From: Candidatus Kerfeldbacteria bacterium | GTDB taxonomy: Bacteria > Patescibacteriota > Patescibacteriia > SBBC01 | Direction of reading: 5' to 3' | Assembly: GCA_016207275.1 (NCBI GenBank) | Contig: JACQPY010000013.1 | Location: 20,285-84,284 of the forward strand | Length of the DNA: 64,000 nucleotides | Part shown: positions 56,897-64,000 of the stretch, in pieces | Numbering within the stretch: position 1 is the first letter of the stretch | Layout: each line of letters begins with the position of its first letter | Notes under the pieces: model-generated | Databases searched by the model: none | What the model saw: only the letters and a program-made list of their open reading frames with translations | What the model was told of the DNA's origin: nothing | Made by a program: the position numbers and the translations under genes

Positions 56897-58108
56897 CTAA
56901 GCGGGCTGGTCATGAAATTGAAACGGTTTAACCAGAACGTCCAGTGTCGCCTGCGCCGTCTGTTTCCAACTGAAGGCCTGAAGGCGATGGCGACCGCTGG
57001 TTACCAGTGCTTGCCGTAGCGTTCGATTGTTCACGAGCTTAACGACTGTTCGAGCGGCGCCGTCGATGTCATCGGGGTGAACGATGAGCGCGGCTCGGCC
57101 GGCCACTTCCGGCAGCGATGATCCGGCCGCGACTACGACGGGTGTGCCGACGGCGAAGGACTCAAGTACCGGCAGACCGAAGCCTTCGTAGCGAGACAAA
57201 AAGATCAAGGCGGCGGCCCCGGCGAGCAGCGGGACGTAGACGTTTCGCGGCTGCCAGCCGAGACGAAAGACCGCTTGATCGAGGCCGTAAGTATTGATCC
57301 GCTCCGCCGCGACCCCCCATCCCCGGCCAGGCGTACCGACTAATACCAGCTTGAGGCTTGGCAGTTTGATTCGGGCGCGGTTGAAAACGTCGATGAGGGT
57401 GTTAAGGTTCTTTTTTTGTTCGAGTCGGCCAACGAAAAGCACGTACGGCGACGTGAGCGCAAATCGTTTCCGGACCGCGGCGATCGCTGTTTGATCGGGG
57501 CGTCGAAAAACCTCGGGATCAAAGCCGTGGTGAATGACGGCGATGCGTTCGGGATCGGCTCCGTAGCAGTCAACTATTTCTGACTTGGTAAACTCAGAGA
57601 CCGTAATTAACCGGGCGGCATGGGCGACGGCAAAACGCGCCGACCAGCGATGATAGTCCAGTTCATTATTACCGTAGCGGCCGCGCGTTACCAAGCGGGC
57701 CATCGTGTTGAGCAGCTGACCGACCAGTCCTCGTCCACCGATCGGTTCACGTCCGTAGAGCTCCGGGAATCGTTCAAAGCCAACGTCGTGCAGTGTGGTG
57801 ACTGTTCGACGGGGGTGGATCAGCGGAATGGTGTGCGCGGGCACGAAGAGGACGTCAGGGGGTCGCCACAGCATTTCGAGCGATAACCGAAGTTGGTTCC
57901 AGAGGAAACGCCAGGGCCAGCGCAGGACGCGGTACTCGACGTGCGGCCCGAGATGGCGGAATTCGTCGATTGGCGTCTGATCAAAGTAGAGGACGTAGCG
58001 ATGATGGCGATCGAGCGCGGTTAAGGCGCGGATCAGGTGGTAGGAGTACCACTCGGTCCCGGTTCGCTCACGAACGTTAGCCCGTGAAGCGTCAATGCCG
58101 ATGACCAT
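56897..58108 (-). CDS. Glycosyltransferase family 4
   Basis: MVIGIDAS start; VGRLEQKKN, YEGFGLPVLE. Confidence 0.9.
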   Translation of the reverse strand: MVIGIDASRANVRERTGTEWYSYHLIRALTALDRHHRYVLYFDQTPIDEFRHLGPHVEYRVLRWPWRFLWNQLRLSLEMLWRPPDVLFVPAHTIPLIHPRRTVTTLHDVGFERFPELYGREPIGGRGLVGQLLNTMARLVTRGRYGNNELDYHRWSARFAVAHAARLITVSEFTKSEIVDCYGADPERIAVIHHGFDPEVFRRPDQTAIAAVRKRFALTSPYVLFVGRLEQKKNLNTLIDVFNRARIKLPSLKLVLVGTPGRGWGVAAERINTYGLDQAVFRLGWQPRNVYVPLLAGAAALIFLSRYEGFGLPVLESFAVGTPVVVAAGSSLPEVAGRAALIVHPDDIDGAARTVVKLVNNRTLRQALVTSGRHRLQAFSWKQTAQATLDVLVKPFQFHDQPA

Positions 58109-58112
58109 AGCG

Positions 58113-59120
58113 TTATTTGGCCGACAGGATGCTGCGCTTGTACGACTCAAGGTTATCCAGGGCAATGCCGGTCCCACGGGCGACGCACAGCAGCGGTTCG
58201 TCGGCGACGTAGGCCGGCACCCCGGTGGCCGTGGACAGGAGCTGGTCGACGTGCCGCAGCTGGGCTGAGCCGCCAGACAGGACCATGCCTTTATCAATAA
58301 CGTCGGCCGACAGCTCCGGCGGCGTTTCTTGCAAGACCAGTTTGACTGCCTGAACGATGCCAGCCAACTCATCCTGGATCGCTTCCGTGACGTCATCAGA
58401 CACAACGGTCAGGGTCTTCGGAAGGCCACTGACCACGTCGCGGCCGCGGATCTCCATCGATATCTTCTTTTCCAGCGGGATGGCCGAACCGATGGTAATC
58501 TTCAGCTCCTCGGCGGTGCGTTCGCCAATCGCGAGGCCGTATTTCTTTCGGATATACTCCTGGATGGCGGCGTCAAGCTTATTGCCGCCGATTCGCACGC
58601 TGGTATTGGCGACGATCCCGCCGAGACTGATGACGGCGATCTCGCTCGTCCCCCCGCCGATGTCGATGATCATGTGCCCGGAAGCCGAACCGATGGGGAT
58701 CATGGCGCCGATGGCGGCCGCGATCGGTTCTTTGATGATGTAGGCGGCTTTGGCCCCGGCGGCAATGGTGGCGTCGATGACGGCGCGGCGCTCGGTTGAA
58801 GTAATCCCGGCGGGGACGGCGATCATCACCTCGGGACGGAACAGCCGAATGCCGCCCGTCGCCTTATTGATGAAGTAGCGGAGCATCGCTTCGGTCGTTC
58901 GATAATCGGCAATCACGCCGTCTTTGAGCGGACGGATCGCCACGATCGAGTCGGGCGTTCGACCGAGCATTTCTTTGGCCTCGTTACCGACGGCCAGAAT
59001 CTTGCGGTCGGCAACGGACAAGGCCACAACCGACGGTTCGTTGAGCACAATGCCGCGCCCGGGGAGGTGAACCAGGGTGTAGGTCGTGCCGAGATCGATG
59101 CCAATGCGCTTGACGAACAC
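58113..59120 (-). CDS. mreB: MreB/Mbl paralog
   Basis: GIDLGT, DIGGGTS, LSGGSA; second copy outside the mreBCD operon. Confidence 0.9.
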   Translation of the reverse strand: MFVKRIGIDLGTTYTLVHLPGRGIVLNEPSVVALSVADRKILAVGNEAKEMLGRTPDSIVAIRPLKDGVIADYRTTEAMLRYFINKATGGIRLFRPEVMIAVPAGITSTERRAVIDATIAAGAKAAYIIKEPIAAAIGAMIPIGSASGHMIIDIGGGTSEIAVISLGGIVANTSVRIGGNKLDAAIQEYIRKKYGLAIGERTAEELKITIGSAIPLEKKISMEIRGRDVVSGLPKTLTVVSDDVTEAIQDELAGIVQAVKLVLQETPPELSADVIDKGMVLSGGSAQLRHVDQLLSTATGVPAYVADEPLLCVARGTGIALDNLESYKRSILSAK

Positions 59121-59135
59121 AGAATTTAACAGAAT

Positions 59136-61052
59136 TTATTTGAAGGAAACTACCAGGTGACGGTCAACCCTAAGATTAGACGTTAGGGAAATTTTATTCT
59201 GCCCTATTTTCTTTGCGCCGTCAACCCCGCTGATCAGTTCAACCGGGCGCGCGAACTCGAGCGAGCTGGTCAGGCGGTGCGCCATCGTGCCGGGCTGTTT
59301 TTGGAGATAGAGTTCGTAGCGACCGCGATCGATCGACTGACTAACGCTCGCGGGCAACGTATAGGTGAACGACAGGGTTCCGGAATTTCCTGGTTCGATC
59401 GAGATGAACGCGCCGAACACCGTCCGGCTGAGTTCTTCACTGCGGTCGACGGTGCCGACTCCGCCACCGCGAAGCTTATCGTTTCGCATCGCACCGCTTG
59501 AGCTGACCAGCGTACTGCCGGGCGGTACGTATACGCGGGTGTAGGTGCGGTAGCGGGTGGTAGTTCGAGTGAAGCTGCCGCGGTTCGCATAGGTGATGGT
59601 CACGGTCGCCCGCGCTTGGCCGTTGTCGAAGGTAAGCTGGTAGTCGATCGCCCGGTCGACGACCTGGTCCGTCTTAAGGCTGGCAAGGTTAGCGTCGACC
59701 ACAAAGATGCTATCGATCGGCGCTGGCCGGATATCGCCGCCCCAATTTTGAGCGATAATTTGCTCCTGGAGTTCAGCGTCGCTGGCGTACAGCAGCATCC
59801 GCTTCTCTTCCAGCGCCGTGGTCAGGGCGACGATCATTTCTTGCCATCGGCGCTGCGGCAAGGCGAGCAATCGATTGAGCAGGATTTTTGACATTTCACC
59901 GATGAGTTCTTTGCGATCGGCTAACGGCTGTAACCGATCAACCAGGTTTTCGGTAGTAAAGGTGATGCCGTCGACGGTGATGTCGCCGCTGATGGCTAGC
60001 AGCGAGCTGACAAACGTGGGCGTGACCGCGATCACGCCGTCGAGGTTACGCTGGGGACCGTTTTCGAATCGATAAAATTCCAGCGCTTGCTGCGCCGCCG
60101 TTGGAAAGTCAGGCGACCAGTTGGCGTCACGAAAGAACCACTGGGTCGCGTTATTGTATCGTCGGAGCGGCGTTGGCGGTTCGATCCGAAGACTATCGGC
60201 CACCGGCTTATCGAGGGTGTAGACATCGCTGGTGGTAAACGACGTGATCTCGCCGGCCGAAACCTTGAGGATGCCGTACGTCCCAATGAAGCCGCCAGTC
60301 GGGCGAAGCTCAGAATTGTTCTGCAGCAAGAACAGGTACGTCTTGGCGTTCGGAAAACCGGCGACGGCGGGGATAATTCGAGTCGCCGGAATGAGCTGCT
60401 GGGCGACCTGCTCGAGAAAAGGGATTTGTTCCCGGAGCGGCGCAATGGCAGCGTGCAGCGGCCGGATCACGCCGCGGGTCGGGAGGTCACGAAAACGGCC
60501 CGCCGCCAACTGAACGTGATCACGGACCGATTCGAGCTGCGGACCAGCGGTCGCAATCCGTTCGAGGATGGCTCGCTTGTCGGCCGGCGTCAGTTGGGCC
60601 AAGCTGATGCTCCCCTGCCCGTGTTTTAATGGTCCGAATATCTGGTCGCCAGCCAAAGTACCGTCGTGCATCGCGGCCACCAGCTGCCGGGCGACATCGG
60701 TGAGGACAGTTACCGCCTCAAGCTGCGTCCCCACGCCGGGAATCGGCCGGAGGGCACGCAGTTTGCCGATCGCCCGGTCGACGGCAGCCAACTCGGTGGC
60801 CGTCCGTTGAGCGGCGGCTAAGGCCGCGGAGAAATCCTGCTTCGTGAGCGCGCTTTGAGCCTGGGTTAGCGAGCGGCGCGCAGCGCGACCGTGTTCGATG
60901 GCTGATTGAATTGGCGTGAAGGTAGCGATCGTCAAAACGGTCGCGGCGGTGACCAAGCCAATGAGTCGAGTTGTCAGGGGGTGTCTGGCAATCCAGGCAG
61001 TCAATCGAAGTAGCCGCGTTCGCCGATGACGAAAGCTAAACGAGAATTTCAT
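59136..61052 (-). CDS. DUF4012 domain protein
   Basis: QNNSELRPTGGFIG, RDANWSPDFP, QKQPG. Confidence 0.88.
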   Translation of the reverse strand: MKFSFSFRHRRTRLLRLTAWIARHPLTTRLIGLVTAATVLTIATFTPIQSAIEHGRAARRSLTQAQSALTKQDFSAALAAAQRTATELAAVDRAIGKLRALRPIPGVGTQLEAVTVLTDVARQLVAAMHDGTLAGDQIFGPLKHGQGSISLAQLTPADKRAILERIATAGPQLESVRDHVQLAAGRFRDLPTRGVIRPLHAAIAPLREQIPFLEQVAQQLIPATRIIPAVAGFPNAKTYLFLLQNNSELRPTGGFIGTYGILKVSAGEITSFTTSDVYTLDKPVADSLRIEPPTPLRRYNNATQWFFRDANWSPDFPTAAQQALEFYRFENGPQRNLDGVIAVTPTFVSSLLAISGDITVDGITFTTENLVDRLQPLADRKELIGEMSKILLNRLLALPQRRWQEMIVALTTALEEKRMLLYASDAELQEQIIAQNWGGDIRPAPIDSIFVVDANLASLKTDQVVDRAIDYQLTFDNGQARATVTITYANRGSFTRTTTRYRTYTRVYVPPGSTLVSSSGAMRNDKLRGGGVGTVDRSEELSRTVFGAFISIEPGNSGTLSFTYTLPASVSQSIDRGRYELYLQKQPGTMAHRLTSSLEFARPVELISGVDGAKKIGQNKISLTSNLRVDRHLVVSFK

Positions 61053-61860
61053 GGGTGGTGATTATCGGATTTGGTTTTCGGAAGTATTTCCGAAAGTACT
61101 TCAAGCCGCTCTGGATGTGGATCCTCGTCAGCTTTTGGAAGACTCCGTTAAGCCCGGGGTTTTCCGCCGACATCCGCTGATGGTAGTGGACGAGGGCGAC
61201 GGTCGGCAGGTAGATGACCGGCCAACCAGCTTCCCAAAAGCGCCGACACCAATCGACATCCTCGAAGTACATGAAGAACTGCTCATCGAGTAAGCCGACT
61301 TCCTCGATCGCCCGTCGTCGAACCATCAAGCAGGCGCCGAGCGCCCACTCGATCGGACGAATCTCGTGGTGATCCCAGTCGAGCATCAGATACTGTCGTA
61401 AGGCGGCGCGAGCCAACCCAAACATGCCCAGTGGCGTGCGTCGCAGCATCGGGATCAGCGGCGAGGGAAAGCGGTAGCAGGTAGTTTGAATAGTCTGATC
61501 AGGGTTGAGCAGCTGGGGCGCGATCATGCCGACCTTGGGGTGATCGTTGAGAAAAGTCATCAGGCGTTCCAAGGCGCCTTCGAAAACAGCAATATCGGCG
61601 TTCAGGAGCAGGACGTAGCGACCGGCGGCCCGCCGCAGACCGACGTTGTTACCGGCGGCAAAGCCGAGATTTCTATTTTGCGGCAGTAGGACCACATCGG
61701 GAAAGTGCTCGCGGACCATTCCCACACTTCGATCGCCCGAGGCGTTATCGACCACGATGACTTCGTACGGGAGCTTCAGGCGCGCCCGTTGGATACCTTT
61801 GAGGCACTGTCGTAAAAAGCCTGGCTCTTTGTAGTTAACGATGATGATCGATAGGTCCAT
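61036..61860 (-). CDS. Glycosyltransferase family 2 (WbbL-like)
   Basis: VVDNAS, NLGFAAGNN, LLNAD, YFEDVD. Confidence 0.9.
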   Translation of the reverse strand: MDLSIIIVNYKEPGFLRQCLKGIQRARLKLPYEVIVVDNASGDRSVGMVREHFPDVVLLPQNRNLGFAAGNNVGLRRAAGRYVLLLNADIAVFEGALERLMTFLNDHPKVGMIAPQLLNPDQTIQTTCYRFPSPLIPMLRRTPLGMFGLARAALRQYLMLDWDHHEIRPIEWALGACLMVRRRAIEEVGLLDEQFFMYFEDVDWCRRFWEAGWPVIYLPTVALVHYHQRMSAENPGLNGVFQKLTRIHIQSGLKYFRKYFRKPNPIITTHEILV

Positions 61861-61863
61861 AGT

Positions 61864-62868
61864 TTACGATTCGATGATCCGGCGCAGCTCTCGGGTTGAG
61901 CGCCGTCGACGACGCTGGATCAGTCGTCGTTTCTGCAGCATCCGCGGAAGCAAGCGGAAGAGCGATGGTAGGGCGGTGAGCGTTGACCACTCCCGCAGCA
62001 GGGCATACCCGAGCTTCTGCAGTTCATACAAGGTGATGGAGAAGCCGTGCGGGAGGAACGTACCGACGGTCTCGTTTTTAAGCAACATTAAGAGGTGGTT
62101 GCGGTACGACAAGACACGGAGCATGCGCGAGCGTCGCCCTCGCGTTTCCACCAGCGCGGCCAAGCGGTCACGGTGGTGGCTCAGCGTGCGGTAGTGGTAC
62201 GCTCGGGCGGCGGGAACGTAACGGCAGCGCCAGCCGGCCAGCTGGCAGCGCCAGGCCAGGTCGACGTCTTCTTTGTAGGCGAAGAAATCTTCGTCAAAGT
62301 ACTCGCCGTTGACGGCCACGTCGTCCAGGACGGTCCGACGATAGAGGGCGAGCACACCGGGGGCACCAAAGACGTCACGCGCTTGATCAAACTGGCCGCG
62401 GTCAGAACTTCCTTCGCCGCGGTTAAGTACCTGGCGCGAACGTCGTAGCAGCATCCCAGCCGCATCAATGGTATCAGAGTAAACAGGTTCCCTCAAGTCG
62501 TCAGCGGTCAGGGAAAAACGCAGCAGCTTGGGGCAAACGCTGGCTACCTGCGGGGTGGTATCGAGCGCTTGCGTGAGTACTTCCAGGCAGGTTGGCTCGA
62601 GAAGCACATCAGGATTGAGCACGACCACAGCGTCAGCTTTGGATAATCGAATGGCTTGGTTGTGAGCTCGCGCAAAACCGAGATTTCTGGTGTGGCGCAA
62701 GACGTCGATGCCTGGCCAGGTATCAAGCAACTCGAGGGTGCCATCGGTTGAAGCGTTATCAACAACGATGATCCGGTCTGGTTTCCGGGTTTGTGCCTCT
62801 AAGCTCCGTCGCAACGTTGGTATGAAGGTCCGGTTATTCCAGGTAACGAGATGGACTGAGACCGTCAT
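61864..62868 (-). CDS. Glycosyltransferase family 2
   Basis: VVDNASTD, NLGFARAHN, LNPD, YKEDVDLAWR. Confidence 0.9.
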   Translation of the reverse strand: MTVSVHLVTWNNRTFIPTLRRSLEAQTRKPDRIIVVDNASTDGTLELLDTWPGIDVLRHTRNLGFARAHNQAIRLSKADAVVVLNPDVLLEPTCLEVLTQALDTTPQVASVCPKLLRFSLTADDLREPVYSDTIDAAGMLLRRSRQVLNRGEGSSDRGQFDQARDVFGAPGVLALYRRTVLDDVAVNGEYFDEDFFAYKEDVDLAWRCQLAGWRCRYVPAARAYHYRTLSHHRDRLAALVETRGRRSRMLRVLSYRNHLLMLLKNETVGTFLPHGFSITLYELQKLGYALLREWSTLTALPSLFRLLPRMLQKRRLIQRRRRRSTRELRRIIES

Positions 62869-63998
62869 GCGGTAGTTCGGTTACGCCAGGCAGCGACCGT
62901 CAAGGCTAACAAAAGAAAACCGATACCGAGCGGATGGTTGAGGTAGGGTGTGGTCAGGTGGACCGTCGCTAGCGCGATCAAGCCGACGGCAAAACCCAGC
63001 GACAAAGGGTCGAGTCTCTGGAGTAGCATGGCCAGCATACGACTCAGCAGAACCAAGAAGAAAGCTACTCCCAGCAGGCCAATCTTGACCGCCATGTCGA
63101 GGTACCCGAGTTCAAAGGCGTCGGTGGTGTAGATGCCGCGGCTCGGCGACTGTTGTTGACGGGGGTCATCGCTGCGGTAGGTGACCACCGTGCCGAAGCC
63201 CGAACCGATGATCGGTTGACGACCAATGACCGGGATGAGGGCTTTGAAGAGTGTGATCCGGCTGGTGGCGGCCGCCTCTCCACCGAACTCAGTCAGTCGT
63301 TGGCGTAGGATCGTCCCCTGTCCCCCGCTTCCCGGGAGGGGGAACGGGTACGGAAAATTGAGCGCCCACGAATTAAGCGTGTACGCTACGGCCACGACGG
63401 CGAAACTAGCCAGCACAATTCGGACGGCCTGCGCGACAGACCAGCGTAGCTGCCGCCAACCGAGGACGAGGAGGCTGACTGCCGCTACTCCGCCGCCCAG
63501 CCAGAAGCTGCGTGACAAACTGACCAGGACAGCCGCCACTCCCAAGGTGATGGGAATGAATAGCCAGCGGGGGTTTGGGGTTGGCCTGATGGCGGGGAGA
63601 ACAAACGGTACCAGCAGGCTGACACCCAGCAAACCGTAGATTTGACTCTGAAAAAAGACGCGGTACGTACCCCCGAAAATAGGCGCCACCTCGCCGATGC
63701 CAGTGTCGCGAATCCACTTGTAGAGCGTCCGCAGCCCGTCAATCTGCAGCTGCACAAAGAGGCCGAGCGTCAGGAGGCTCTTTAAGCCAAGAATCGTGGC
63801 GGCCGCCGCGACGAGGGCGAGGATGTTGGGAATGAGGCGACGAACATTGATGACGGGTGAGAGGAGCACCGCGACGAGGGCGAAGAACAAATAAGCATTG
63901 ACGTCAAAAAAAACGGCGGTAAATCCGTTACCCCGAGCCAGACCGAGGATGATGCCAAGGCTGATACTCGCCAGTAATCCGTAAAGCCACGGTCGAAC
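62865..63998 (-). CDS. O-antigen ligase/polymerase-like membrane protein (5' end outside window)
   Basis: Frame open to the window edge; SLSRSFW, PIIGSGFG, GLLG. Confidence 0.75.
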   Translation of the reverse strand, partial: VRPWLYGLLASISLGIILGLARGNGFTAVFFDVNAYLFFALVAVLLSPVINVRRLIPNILALVAAAATILGLKSLLTLGLFVQLQIDGLRTLYKWIRDTGIGEVAPIFGGTYRVFFQSQIYGLLGVSLLVPFVLPAIRPTPNPRWLFIPITLGVAAVLVSLSRSFWLGGGVAAVSLLVLGWRQLRWSVAQAVRIVLASFAVVAVAYTLNSWALNFPYPFPLPGSGGQGTILRQRLTEFGGEAAATSRITLFKALIPVIGRQPIIGSGFGTVVTYRSDDPRQQQSPSRGIYTTDAFELGYLDMAVKIGLLGVAFFLVLLSRMLAMLLQRLDPLSLGFAVGLIALATVHLTTPYLNHPLGIGFLLLALTVAAWRNRTTA

Positions 63999-64000
63999 GC

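Noticed and set aside
15126-63757. Numerous antisense and alternate-frame ORFs over housekeeping genes
   Set aside because: Expected shadow ORFs in high-GC coding DNA; none has independent motifs

Overview
The window looks like a stretch of chromosome from a high-GC Patescibacteria (CPR; probably Parcubacteria/ABY1-like) bacterium. The lineage is inferred from CPR-typical gene families (DUF4012, DUF3048, membrane GT2, two mreB copies, a degenerate PriA) and from mostly leaderless genes. From about 15 to 64 kb the content is mainly housekeeping and envelope genes: obgE, trxB, xseAB, fmt/def/priA, gltX, alr, serS, lysS, greA, mrdA-mreDCB, rseP, frr, holB and glycosyltransferases. The first 15 kb is accessory, with pseudogenes and many small palindromic elements. 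The most unusual feature is a nested tRNA-Gln locus (14310-14812, minus strand). An intact tRNA-Gln(UUG), wrapped in a perfect 13-bp inverted repeat with an ATAAACTCCGG tag, sits in the anticodon loop of a second tRNA-Gln scaffold, which sits the same way inside a third. The second highlight is an 80-bp inverted-repeat element found twice (10386-10465, 46532-46611). Both copies insert at CCATGACC with a TGA duplication, have unrelated interiors of identical length, and keep an open 28-codon frame that runs from one ATGA to the next. Other points: an operon of two apparently dead enzymes (asparaginase fold; NDT fold plus RHH), a secreted protein with a 6-Cys/6-Trp tail, an unannotated 27-aa hydrophobic peptide, and a protease gene bracketed by 60-bp direct repeats. 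No CRISPR array, rRNA, integrase or transposase is visible. All family calls are from motif recognition, not database searches.
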